DNA of 60,742 nucleotides, filler included, from a candidate division TA06 bacterium SM23_40 (GTDB lineage: Bacteria > LJUI01 > SM1-40): the NCBI GenBank assembly GCA_001303705.1. It is 6 parts of 6 records of this genome, joined end to end, with 100 filler letters (N's around TTAATTAATTAA, not from the genome) between each part and the next. Parts side by side here need not be neighbours in the genome. Positions count along the whole stretch, not along the records: positions 29,408 to 41,198 come from LJUI01000076.1; positions 41,299 to 52,783 come from LJUI01000077.1; 4 more parts are not named here. One strand, given 5' to 3'. Under the pieces are notes generated by a model. It was not told the origin of the DNA. It saw only the letters and a list, made by a program, of their open reading frames with translations, and ran no database searches. Positions 40,435 to 49,904 of this stretch are shown here, piece after piece (the first letter of the stretch is position 1; each line of letters starts with the position of its first letter). Made by a program: the position numbers and the translations under genes.

Positions 40435-40509
40435 GACTGTCAGAGTCCTTCGAAGACCCGGGTCGGCGAAGGAGTACCCCACGAAGTATCTACGCCCCAC
40501 CGCTCAGCG

Positions 40510-40691
40510 GAGACCGCTTACAGGAGACCGCTCAGAGAAGTCCGTTTGCGGGGGACTGCTCACAGGGGACCGCTTGCGGGAGACCGCTCGCAGGAAACCG
40601 CTCACAGGAGTCCGCTTGCGGGAGTCCGCTTGGAGGAGTCCGCCGACACGAGTCCGTCAACAGCAGACCGGTGACAGAAGTCCGCTTGCAG
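40510..40691. repeat. Degenerate 14-bp tandem array, 13 units (about GAGWCCGCTYRCAG)
   Basis: Exact 14-bp register from 40510 to 40691. Confidence 0.9.
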
Positions 40692-40802
40692 GAGTTCGAC
40701 AGCGCCGTAGCCGCGGTCCTGGCCAGAGTCGAGGAGTACCTGCCCTGGGCGACGAAGAGCCCCGCCCTTCCTGAAGGGCGGGGGGCGGTGATCAGGCAGG
40801 GG

Positions 40803-40831
40803 TTGACAGCCGGGAAGAGCGGTGGTATCTT
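40803..40831 (+). promoter_or_regulatory. Promoter TTGACA-17-TATCTT for rsmD
   Basis: Consensus -35, 17-bp spacer. Confidence 0.65.
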
Positions 40832-40866
40832 CAGCTTCCCGCCTCGAGCCAGGGAGAGGTGATCCC

Positions 40867-41198
40867 ATGATACGGATTACCGGGGGGGGTGCGCGAGGGA
40901 GGTCGATCGCTACGCTCCGCGGGCTCACCATGAGGCCCACAGCCTCCAAGGTGAGGCAGGCCATATTCGATGTGCTGGCGGGGGCCGTAGCCGAGTCGAG
41001 CGTTCTCGACCTATTTGCGGGCGGCGGCACGCTCGGCCTTGAGGCCCTGTCGCGGGGCGCGGCGGCCGCTCTGTTCGTCGATTCGCACAGAGCGGCGGAG
41101 GCGCTGCTGTGGCGGAATATCCGGCATCTCGGCTTCGAAGATAAGTGCAGCGTCGTCCGGGGCGATGTCCGTGTGGTGATCAGGCGCCTGGCGGCCTC
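40867..41198 (+). CDS. rsmD: 16S rRNA m2G966 methyltransferase, 3' truncated
   Basis: RITGG.ARGR, RPT..KVR.AIF, LDLFAG.G.LGLEALSRGA. Confidence 0.92.
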
Positions 41199-41298
41199 NN
41201 NNNNNNNNNNNNNNNNNNNNNNNNNNNNNNNNNNNNNNNNNNTTAATTAATTAANNNNNNNNNNNNNNNNNNNNNNNNNNNNNNNNNNNNNNNNNNNN
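41199..41298. other. Artificial contig spacer
   Basis: N44-TTAATTAATTAA-N44. Confidence 0.98.
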
Positions 41299-41358
41299 TC
41301 GACCGCCGCCCCCAGGGGCCGGTCCGATGCATTCGGCTCAAGGCGAATCAGAGACGAC

Positions 41359-42234
41359 TTATTCCGGCTCGTACAGGTCCTGTCCCTCGAACAACTCCTC
41401 CCCCAGCCCAGGGCCCTCGAACTCCGGCGGCAGCTCCTGCCTTTCGAGCCCGGCCGGGAGCTCGAGCTCCTCCTCCCCGATGTCCAGATTCATCCGGAGC
41501 GAGTCGTACGTGACAACCACGGACGCTCCCTCCCTCGGCACATCGAGAGCAATCACCGAGGGCCGCATGAACCCGCCCACCTCACGGTATCGTCGGTACC
41601 GATAGCGCTGCTCGAGGCGCCCGTCTGCATCGAAGACCTCCAGCCTGGTGAGTGTACGGGTGGACTTGTCGATCGAGGCGGCATACTGGTGCCTGCCCTC
41701 CTGCCACCGCATCATGTATGTCCCATCGCTCTCACCGAGCTCCGTCTCTCCGAAGAGCTCGGGCGGCGGCATGTGCGCCCCGCCGAGCAGTGCGTCTCGC
41801 ACAACAGTCCAGGCGATCTCCTTCGCCATGGGGATCGATGTCTGCGCCAGATCGACGATCCACTGGACCCTCGCTTCGGGGAGGGCCACCGCTGCCTCGT
41901 CCCCCGTGATGGCGACGAGGAGCGTCGGTATTCCCAGCGGCCCGAAGAGATCGATGCGAAGACGATCAGGGGCTCGGTACCGGAGAGTGAACGAGGAACT
42001 ATTGGAGCGACCGCGCTGCTCGAAGGTGACCCGGCCGACTCCTTTGAGGGTCTGGACGGTGTGCTCAGCCGCCGCGATCTGTTCGGCCAGTTCGGCAACG
42101 ATCTCTGCCTGGTCCCGAACCGGTTGGTATGTGGGGGCGCGCGTGCAGCTGGTGGTGAGAAAGAGAGACGCGAGGAGTACCGCAGTCACGGTACCGATAC
42201 TCACCGCCCGGCCGAGCTTCATCCCGGGCGCCAT
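41359..42234 (-). CDS. Lipoprotein, LolA/LolB-like fold (DUF4292-like); start uncertain
   Basis: LTTSC lipobox, PDRLRIDL.GPLG motif. Confidence 0.7.
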   Translation of the reverse strand: MAPGMKLGRAVSIGTVTAVLLASLFLTTSCTRAPTYQPVRDQAEIVAELAEQIAAAEHTVQTLKGVGRVTFEQRGRSNSSSFTLRYRAPDRLRIDLFGPLGIPTLLVAITGDEAAVALPEARVQWIVDLAQTSIPMAKEIAWTVVRDALLGGAHMPPPELFGETELGESDGTYMMRWQEGRHQYAASIDKSTRTLTRLEVFDADGRLEQRYRYRRYREVGGFMRPSVIALDVPREGASVVVTYDSLRMNLDIGEEELELPAGLERQELPPEFEGPGLGEELFEGQDLYEPE

Positions 42235-42414
42235 GGCGAGTGGACTGACGATGAATGGTCTACGCCCTACTTCCACCCTCCCATCTCTTAGCATTATGGG
42301 AAACCCTCCCTGTATGAACTGTGGCGTGCACGCAAAGCGGGTACCGGGCCGATGTCCCTGGGCCCCGGACGAGCGATACGCCATTTCCGTCTGTGTAAAC
42401 GATCGTTACGCGCC

Positions 42415-42679
42415 CGTAACAGGATGTAGGTGCCAACGACGTTGACGTGAGTTACGACTACTGGGCAAGCAACTGGGCATATCTGCCAAGGACATTGGCA
42501 TGTATCTACGCCACCAGGCAAGCAACTGGCCACGTGTGTCAAGAACGTTGCCATGAGTCTGCACCACGACGCCAGTAACTTGACACCTGTATCAATAACG
42601 CTGCGCCAAGTCTGCGCGACGACGCCAGCAACTGCACACCTGTGTCAAGAACGTTGCCCTGAGCCTGCGCTACGATACC
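42415..42679. repeat. Degenerate 53-bp tandem array, 5 units, overlapping the scpA stop
   Basis: Units at 42415, 42468, 42521, 42574, 42627; units 3 and 5 match at 44/53. Confidence 0.88.
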
Positions 42680-43530
42680 AGCTGCAGAACGATCGCGTCG
42701 AATGACCGGGCCTGGACCGCCACTACCTTCCGCGACCTGACGAGCTCGAGGAGCGCGAGGAACATGGCGATGATCTGGCGTCTCGTCGTCGCCGCGTCGA
42801 AGAGCGCGGTGAAGGCGATCTCGCCGGCGGTGCGGAGCCTGTCCACGATAACCTCGATGCATTCCTCCACCGAGACGTCCTCGCCTCCGACCTGGTACCT
42901 ATCCTCTGCGGCCAGGCGCTTGATAACCTCCTGGAGCGCGCCCAGCAGATCGAATAGGCCGACGGGTTCACGCTCCTCACCGAGCGGAACACCCTCCACC
43001 CCGGTCGCCCGTCGCGGAAACAGTTCTCGGGTCTCCTCCTCCCTTCCCGCCAGGTGTCCTGCCGCCTCCTTGAACTTGCGGTACTCGAGCAGCTGCTGGA
43101 CCAGTTCGGCGCGCGGATCCTCGGGCTCCTCTTCCTCTTCCTCTTCATCTACGGAGGGCGGGAGGAGCATACGAACCTTGATCCGCATCAGGGTCGCGGC
43201 CATCACAAGAAAGTCGCCGGCGATCGTGAGATCGAGCATCGCCAGCAGCTGGAGGTATTCCAGATATTGCTGGGCGATCGTGGCGATGGGGATGTCGAAG
43301 ATATCGATCTCATTCTTCCGCACGAGGTGGAGGAGTAGATCGAGCGGCCCCTCGAAAATCTCGAGCTTCACCGGAGGCAGTCGCTCAGAGCCCATGTGGA
43401 TGGCGGTGTATAGTGTTTGTGCCGATGCGGTATTCACATCGCCCTTTACATCGGCCGGCGTCGGCTCTTCGCCAACGGTCATCAGACTCTCTTCATCGTG
43501 CATCGCGTGGTCCTGCTCTCGATCGTACAT
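42670..43530 (-). CDS. scpA: Segregation and condensation protein A
   Basis: FEGPLDLLLHL, FLVMAATL..IK, FLALLEL. Confidence 0.95.
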   Translation of the reverse strand: MYDREQDHAMHDEESLMTVGEEPTPADVKGDVNTASAQTLYTAIHMGSERLPPVKLEIFEGPLDLLLHLVRKNEIDIFDIPIATIAQQYLEYLQLLAMLDLTIAGDFLVMAATLMRIKVRMLLPPSVDEEEEEEEPEDPRAELVQQLLEYRKFKEAAGHLAGREEETRELFPRRATGVEGVPLGEEREPVGLFDLLGALQEVIKRLAAEDRYQVGGEDVSVEECIEVIVDRLRTAGEIAFTALFDAATTRRQIIAMFLALLELVRSRKVVAVQARSFDAIVLQLVS

Positions 43531-43600
43531 CGTTTCCTCGTTACAATTCACCGGTTGAGTGCGATAGTCACGTACACTTCACGGGACCCAATCCGAACGA

Positions 43601-43750
43601 GATCCTCGGACTCGGTCCAATCGGATCCTCGGGCTCGATCACAATCGGACCCTCGGACTCAATCCCGTTTGGATCCTCGGACTCGGTCCAATCGGATCCT
43701 CGGACTCGATACCAATTGAAACCTCGGACTCAATCCCGATTAGACCCTCC
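43601..43750. repeat. 23/24-bp tandem array, 6 units plus partials, forming a duplicated 71-bp trimer
   Basis: GATCCTCGGACTC core at 43601, 43624, 43648, 43672, 43695, 43719. Confidence 0.9.
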
Positions 43751-43960
43751 AGCCTCGACAGGAACTCCGTTTCGCCCCGGCTCACGTCGTCGTCGCGATT
43801 TCGAACGGACTGTCCGAACTGCACTGGCGCTGCGCGACCCGTTCCGAAGCGGGCAGCGCCCGTCGCTGATAGCGCCGGGACGCGCGACTCCAATCCTTCC
43901 GCGCGGTTCTAGGATTCGCGGTTGACGCGGTCGAACCGGCGCCGGCGCCCGGCGCCCCCG

Positions 43961-43988
43961 CTATTGACTGAGCACTATTGACTGAGTA
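43961..43988. repeat. 14-bp tandem duplication CTATTGACTGAGYA
   Basis: Seen directly, just past the cyclase stop codon. Confidence 0.7.
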
Positions 43989-43995
43989 CCAACTC

Positions 43996-46236
43996 CTACT
44001 TCGTCTCGATATTGAACGCTCCGTCCCAGCTCTCAGGAGGCGGCGTGGTGCGGTACCAGTCGCACCGGCTGGTGAACTCCCGCGACGGGCCGTCTCCCGG
44101 CCGCAGCTCGAGTACCTTGCTGAAGTACTCCCTCGCCTTCACCCAATCCCGTTCCTTGTATGCCTCCATCCCCATACCGTGGAGACGTATCAGCTCTAAC
44201 ATCTCAGGAGGCTGCTTGCCCTCGCCGATCAACTCATAGATGATGACTGGCTCCAGCTTTCCCTTCACGCGCACCTTGTCGAGCTCGCGTAAGACGAGCC
44301 GTCCGTCGAGCTCCTTGCGTGTGAACTCGCTGATGATGATATTCGTGCCGTACAGCTTGTTGATCCCCTCGAGCCGCGAACCGAGGTTGACGTTGTCGCC
44401 GGTGACAGTGTAGTCGAAGCGCGCCCGCGAGCCCATGTTCCCCACGATCATATCCCCGGTATTGACGCCGATCCCGATATTGAAGACCGGCTTCCTCTGC
44501 GACTCCCACTTCCTCTGGAGCTCTCCCAGTTTCTGCATCATCCTGACCGCGGTGATGCAGGCGCGGTATGCGTGCTGGTCGGGCGGAGGGGTGGCGCCGT
44601 ACACGGCCATGATCTCGTCGCCCACATACTTATCGAGCATTCCTTCGTGCTCGAAGATGAGGTCGGTCATCACCGACAGATATTCGCTCAGGTGGTGGAC
44701 GAGCTCCTCGGGCTGGAGCTTCTCCGAGATGGTGGTGAAGTCCCTGATGTCAGAGAAGAGAACCGTGAGCTCCTTCTTCTCTCCGCCCAGCCGCAGGAGT
44801 TCCGGGTTGGCGAGCATGCGATCGACGACCGCCGCGGTGACATAGTGCTGGAACGCGCGCTTGGTGAACCGGGCGCGCCGCTCCTCGGCCACGTACCGGA
44901 ATGCGAGCACGCTGATGTATCCGCCGAGTCCGCAGTAGAAGGGACGCACGACCTCGAGCCAGAGTGCCATGGACTCGAACAGGACCTGGCTCACGATGAG
45001 ATAGAGGATCCACACTCCGATGATGGCAAATGCGCCGCGGAGCGGGCGGAGCGCGCCGGAGAGGAGCGCGGTCGCCAACACGAGGCCGAGCACGATGAGG
45101 AAGGCCGGCACGAACCCGATCCGATGAATGAAATCGCCATGGATGATGTTGTGGACGATGGTGGCGTGGATCTCCACACCGGGGAAGAGTGGTGCGAACG
45201 GAATCGGGCGGAGGTCTGCCAGGCCCCGGGCCGAGGCCCCGATGAGCACGATCTTGTCTCTGAAATAGTCGGCGGGGATCTGCCCGAGGAGGACGTCAGA
45301 ATAGGAGACCGTGCGGAACGTCCGCTCGTACCCCTGATAGTCAATGAGCATCCGCCCGAAGCTCCCGACAGGGATCGAGAGCGGCCCCGCGGCGACGCTC
45401 CGCTCCGATGTGAGGGCAAGGTCCTCGTTCTCGATGCCGAGAGCGTCGAACGCGATCTTCACGCCGAACGCGGGGAAAAGTTCCCCCTGATACGAGTGGA
45501 AGAGCGGGACCGCACGCACGGTTCCATCGGGGTCAGGCCAGACATTGGCGTACCCGATCCCTTTCGCCACGCTGCCGAGGGTCGGGTGGGGCAGGGAGAT
45601 CCCCCGCTGCTCGAGGAAGAATGCGTTCCCCTCCGGCCCCATGTCGTAGGTGAAACGGCGCGTCCACGCGGGGAGTGGAGTCCCCTCTTCACCCACGCCG
45701 AGATACATCGCATGATACACGTTCCCCCACCGCTCGGTCACCTCGGCGAGCTCCGCATCGTACCCGATTCCGCCGAGAACCCGATCGATGACCGCCTTCG
45801 CCCGCCCGGGATCGAGTCCTGCCTCCCTCCTCAGATCCTCGGCCAGGCGGTCCGCCCGCAGCCGGTGGAAGACATCGACCTGGTCGGGGGTGAGGCCATC
45901 TGATTCGATGAAGAAGATATCGAACCCGACCGCCGCCGCGCCGCCCTGGTTCACATAGTTGGCTATCTGGGCGTGGTAATATCGCGGCCAGTCCTGGAAT
46001 CTCCCGAGCGTGGCGAGGCTCCGCTCGTCGATGTCGACGATGACCACATCGTCGAGCCGCCCCTCCCGCCCGCGAAGGGCCGGCTTCCACCAGTATCTGA
46101 GATCATAGGCCTTCCGTTCGAAATCGACGTACAGAGCATCGAACAACGAGACGATAAGAAAGATGGCCGTGCCTACGAACGTGCCGACGAGCACGCAGCG
46201 AAGGACACGGCCACTGATTCCACGCGCCATGGCCAC
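43996..46236 (-). CDS. CHASE2-domain class III adenylate cyclase
   Basis: DIDE.SL..LG..W.R, DPDG.VR, GVEIHA; FSDIRDFT, DKYVGD, GDNVNLGSRLE. Confidence 0.93.
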   Translation of the reverse strand: MAMARGISGRVLRCVLVGTFVGTAIFLIVSLFDALYVDFERKAYDLRYWWKPALRGREGRLDDVVIVDIDERSLATLGRFQDWPRYYHAQIANYVNQGGAAAVGFDIFFIESDGLTPDQVDVFHRLRADRLAEDLRREAGLDPGRAKAVIDRVLGGIGYDAELAEVTERWGNVYHAMYLGVGEEGTPLPAWTRRFTYDMGPEGNAFFLEQRGISLPHPTLGSVAKGIGYANVWPDPDGTVRAVPLFHSYQGELFPAFGVKIAFDALGIENEDLALTSERSVAAGPLSIPVGSFGRMLIDYQGYERTFRTVSYSDVLLGQIPADYFRDKIVLIGASARGLADLRPIPFAPLFPGVEIHATIVHNIIHGDFIHRIGFVPAFLIVLGLVLATALLSGALRPLRGAFAIIGVWILYLIVSQVLFESMALWLEVVRPFYCGLGGYISVLAFRYVAEERRARFTKRAFQHYVTAAVVDRMLANPELLRLGGEKKELTVLFSDIRDFTTISEKLQPEELVHHLSEYLSVMTDLIFEHEGMLDKYVGDEIMAVYGATPPPDQHAYRACITAVRMMQKLGELQRKWESQRKPVFNIGIGVNTGDMIVGNMGSRARFDYTVTGDNVNLGSRLEGINKLYGTNIIISEFTRKELDGRLVLRELDKVRVKGKLEPVIIYELIGEGKQPPEMLELIRLHGMGMEAYKERDWVKAREYFSKVLELRPGDGPSREFTSRCDWYRTTPPPESWDGAFNIETK

Positions 46237-46255
46237 CGTCCTTACCCTCCTCTCC

Positions 46256-47488
46256 TTACCCTCCTCTTATGCGCTCCCTCTTGTATACCCTCACGAACGC
46301 TTCGACCACCTGTCCGTCGAACTGCGTACCGGAGAGCTCACGCAGGCGCCTGAGCGCGTCAGGCTCCTTCATTGCCGCCCGGTAGGGTCGATCACTCATC
46401 ATCGCATCGAACGAGTCCGCCACGCAGATGATCCGCGCCAGCCGCGGGATGTCGCCGTCGGCCAGGCCGTCGGGGTACCCGGTCCCGTCGTACCGCTCGT
46501 GGTGGTGGCGCATTCCCGGTATCACATCGCGCAGCAGCCTGATCGGCGCCATGATATCAGCGCCCTTGAGCGGGTGCTTCCTGATGGCGTCCCATTCCTC
46601 GGGGGTCAGATCTCCCGGCTTCTGGAGAATAGAGTCGGGAATCCCGATCTTGCCGACGTCGTGGAGAATGGCAGACCATTCGAGATTTCGGCGCAGCCCC
46701 TCACCGAGCTGCAGCTCGTACCCGATGAGCCGGCTGTATTCGGTAACGCGCTTGGAGTGGCCGATCGTATACGGATCCTTCGCATCGATGGCGGTAGCGA
46801 GAGACGTGACCGCACCGAGCGCCAGTTCTGCCTGTTCCTTGTACAGCGTCGCATTCTCGATGGCGATCGCCGCCTGCCGGGCCAGACCCTGGAACATCTC
46901 CAGGTCTCTCTCGCTGAAGGTGCCGGAACGTTTGTTGAGCACTTCCGCGACGCCGATCACCTTGCCCTTCACGATAAGGGGAACGGCGAGGATAGAACGA
47001 GTTATGAATTTCGACTTCTCATCTACCTTCTGGTAGAACCGCGGGTCTTTCCTCACGTCCGGCACGAGCACCGATTTGCCGTACTTCGCCACCCACCCGA
47101 CGACGCCTTCACCCCAGGGCACCCGGATCTTCTTCGCGGCCTCGCCCTTTTCGCCCAGCGCGAGCACGAAGTACAGCTCTTTCGTCGCCTCGTCTATCTG
47201 GAAGACGGAACTCGCCTCGGCATCGAGCGCCCGCTGCCCCTCGGTCATCACATGATCGAGTACCTCGTTGAGGTCGAGGCTGGAGCTGAAGACCGCGCTC
47301 GCCTCGATCATCGACTCCAGCTGGCCGATCCGGTCTTCCAGCTCCCGGTACAGGGCCTGGTACACATCGCCGAGGCCCCCCAGGCTCCCCGGGGGCTTAC
47401 TCTCGCCCGGAATTGTGCTGTCCTTCGCTCCCTCATCCTTCTCACCTGCCACCTGCGCCAGATCAGCATCGCGTTCTTCTTCCGACAT
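46256..47488 (-). CDS. GAF + HD-GYP phosphodiesterase
   Basis: GAF DPRF..NK..F...D; HDVGKIG, HHERYDGTGYP. Confidence 0.92.
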   Translation of the reverse strand: MSEEERDADLAQVAGEKDEGAKDSTIPGESKPPGSLGGLGDVYQALYRELEDRIGQLESMIEASAVFSSSLDLNEVLDHVMTEGQRALDAEASSVFQIDEATKELYFVLALGEKGEAAKKIRVPWGEGVVGWVAKYGKSVLVPDVRKDPRFYQKVDEKSKFITRSILAVPLIVKGKVIGVAEVLNKRSGTFSERDLEMFQGLARQAAIAIENATLYKEQAELALGAVTSLATAIDAKDPYTIGHSKRVTEYSRLIGYELQLGEGLRRNLEWSAILHDVGKIGIPDSILQKPGDLTPEEWDAIRKHPLKGADIMAPIRLLRDVIPGMRHHHERYDGTGYPDGLADGDIPRLARIICVADSFDAMMSDRPYRAAMKEPDALRRLRELSGTQFDGQVVEAFVRVYKRERIRGG

Positions 47489-47529
47489 GGCAGTGATAGT
47501 CCTCTCCTGCTCACCACGCAGTGTTCTGC

Positions 47530-48150
47530 TCAGGCATCTTGACTCGCGTTGCGCATGAGCGCACGAAAGACGCGCAGGTAGCTGACGCCCGATATGAAGA
47601 CACAAGCGACAGCTAGCCAGACAAGGTACGTACCAATCGTGTAGTAGTGAATCGTATAGGCAATGATCATGAGCGCGAAGACGACACCGGTCAGCTTGCC
47701 GATGATGTTCGAACTGACGATAAGCTTCCTGTGTTCGATGATATAGAGGCTGGCGCCCAGGATGATCAGGTCCCGACCCACGATGAGCAGTGCCGGCCAG
47801 ACCGGGAACCCGCGGAGCTGAATGAGGAAGATGACGATTGCTCCCACGGTGATCTTGTCTGCAACCGGATCGAGCACTTTGCCCAGATTCGAGATCTGGC
47901 CGAACCGGCGGGCGAAATATCCGTCGAGGGCATCCGTCAGGACGGCGACGGACATGAACATCAGGGCGAGCACATCGTATATCCGCGTCTGCTGGATGAG
48001 GCAGAAGAGAATGCACGGGAGGAGCAGGATGCGAAGAATGCTCAGGGCATTCGGGAGCGTCCGGATCTGCCCCCATTCGATCCCGGCTAACCCGGTCTGC
48101 GCCACTCCCACGTACGGCGATTTCAGGGCGCGATCTTCATCAGCAGGCAT
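47530..48150 (-). CDS. pgsA: CDP-alcohol phosphatidyltransferase
   Basis: PNALS..R, D..DG..AR..G..LDP.ADK. Confidence 0.88.
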   Translation of the reverse strand: MPADEDRALKSPYVGVAQTGLAGIEWGQIRTLPNALSILRILLLPCILFCLIQQTRIYDVLALMFMSVAVLTDALDGYFARRFGQISNLGKVLDPVADKITVGAIVIFLIQLRGFPVWPALLIVGRDLIILGASLYIIEHRKLIVSSNIIGKLTGVVFALMIIAYTIHYYTIGTYLVWLAVACVFISGVSYLRVFRALMRNASQDA

Positions 48151-49864
48151 CGGCCCCTCCTGAGCTCCTCGCGCTCACCATCTCGCGCGCGTGCTTGAGA
48201 ACGGTTTCCGTGATCTTCGATCCTCCCAGCATCCTGGCGATCTCCGCCACACGCTCATCGTCGGAGAGGACGTGGACAGTCGTCACCGTCCGCCCTCCCG
48301 CCTCCACCTTCTTCACCTCGAAGTGGTGGTCGCCCAGGCTCGCTATCTGCGGGAGGTGCGTGATACAAATAACCTGCCGCTCGTTTGCTATGGCCCGGAG
48401 CCGCGTGCCCACCCTCTCGGCGGTCCTCCCCCCGATCCCTACGTCGATCTCATCGAAGACCAACGTGGGTACACTATCTACATTGGCCAAAATCGTCTTA
48501 AGCGCAAGCATAATTCGCGAGATTTCTCCGCCCGACGCGATCTTGTGGAGGGGCCGCAAGGGCTCGCCAGGATTGGCGGACAGGACGAATTCCGCCTGGT
48601 CGATCCCGCGCTCTGTGGCCCCGTACCGGTCCGCGCCCACGGCGACCGTAAACGCGCCCTGGACAGGCTTTTCGAGCTGCACGCCGAATCGAGCCCGAGA
48701 CATGCCGAGCGCGTCGAGTTCGCGCTCCACCCGCTTTGCCAGGTCCCGCGCCGCCCGGGAGCGCGCCCTGGACAGGGCCTCTGCCCGCTCCCCGTACTGG
48801 CGCTCCAGCTCAGCAATGGTGGCCTCGAGTTCCTCCCGGTCCTCCTCTCCCCGATCGAGCGACTGGAGCTCGGCGGCAATCCGTTCCCCATACTGGAGGA
48901 CCGCCTCGATGGAGCCTCCGTACTTCCGCTCCAGGCTCTTGAGGAGCTGGAGCCGGTCGTCGATCTCCTCGAGCCGACCTGGATCCCAGGCGATGCGCGA
49001 TCGGTAGTCAGCAACCAGGCGCGCAGCCTCCTCTACATCGACGGAGGTGGTGCGGAGCATCTCCGCTGTCTCGCGGAGGCGGTCATCGATCTCCGCCGCA
49101 TCCGACAGGAGCCGGAGCGCCTGAGACAGGATGCTGGAAGCACTGGGCTCGTCATCCGATAACAGATTGCATACTTGATCAGAGGTGAGCGCCAGGCGTT
49201 CGGCGTGGCGGAGCACCTTGTGCTCTGCCTCCAGCTCCTCTCGCTCTCCCTTCCGGAGCCGGGCGCGGTCGATTTCGTCGACCTGGAACTGGTACAGCTC
49301 GCGCTTCTCCTCGAGCTGGGCGAGCCGCCGCGCTGCCTCGTCGCGTTCCCGCCGCAGCGACTCGAGACGTCCGAACAGATCGGCCACCTCTCCCCTCGCC
49401 TCGCCGAGCCCCGCGAAGCTGTCCAGAAGATCGAGGTGTCGCTCGGTCTTGAGTAGCGACTGGTGTGAGTGCTGCCCGTGGAGGTCAACGATCTCGTCGC
49501 CGATCTGCTTGAGAAAGACGATCGGGACCGAGTGGCCGTTCACGAAGCAGCGACTCCTCCCCCCGCGATTGAGCGTCCGCCGGAGGTACAGCATCGAGTC
49601 GTCGAGATGGACCTCCAGCGATTGGAGGCGCTCTCTGATCTGCGGGAATCCCGACAGGTCGAAGACTCCCTCAACAGAAGTTCCGTCGGCGCCCGCGCGG
49701 ATGACGTCCTGATCGGCGCGCTCTCCCAGAACCAGGCCGACGGCCCCGACGATGATCGACTTGCCGCCGCCGGTCTCCCCTGTGAGGACAGTCATACCCT
49801 TCCCGAACGTGATGTCGAGCTCATCCATCAATGCATAGTCACGAATGTGCAGCTCACACAACAT
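48140..49864 (-). CDS. recN: DNA repair protein RecN
   Basis: GETGGGKS, HGQH, ASGGE.SR, FDEIDVGIGG, THLPQ. Confidence 0.97.
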   Translation of the reverse strand: MLCELHIRDYALMDELDITFGKGMTVLTGETGGGKSIIVGAVGLVLGERADQDVIRAGADGTSVEGVFDLSGFPQIRERLQSLEVHLDDSMLYLRRTLNRGGRSRCFVNGHSVPIVFLKQIGDEIVDLHGQHSHQSLLKTERHLDLLDSFAGLGEARGEVADLFGRLESLRRERDEAARRLAQLEEKRELYQFQVDEIDRARLRKGEREELEAEHKVLRHAERLALTSDQVCNLLSDDEPSASSILSQALRLLSDAAEIDDRLRETAEMLRTTSVDVEEAARLVADYRSRIAWDPGRLEEIDDRLQLLKSLERKYGGSIEAVLQYGERIAAELQSLDRGEEDREELEATIAELERQYGERAEALSRARSRAARDLAKRVERELDALGMSRARFGVQLEKPVQGAFTVAVGADRYGATERGIDQAEFVLSANPGEPLRPLHKIASGGEISRIMLALKTILANVDSVPTLVFDEIDVGIGGRTAERVGTRLRAIANERQVICITHLPQIASLGDHHFEVKKVEAGGRTVTTVHVLSDDERVAEIARMLGGSKITETVLKHAREMVSARSSGGADAC

Positions 49865-49904
49865 CGCCCACACCTCACCTCAGCATGCCCCCACACTCAA
49901 TCTT

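Noticed and set aside
40757..40808. IS200/IS605-like end hairpin CCCCGCCCTTC/GAAGGGCGGGG
   Set aside because: No tnpA, tnpB or iscB nearby; the following TTGACA is better explained as the rsmD promoter
42527..42542. Canonical parS site
   Set aside because: Shares only a CACGTG core; the arms do not match TGTTNCACGTGAAACA
42415..42679. CRISPR array or type III toxin-antitoxin RNA array
   Set aside because: The whole unit is semi-conserved with no unique spacers, and no cas or ToxN/TenpN-like gene is adjacent
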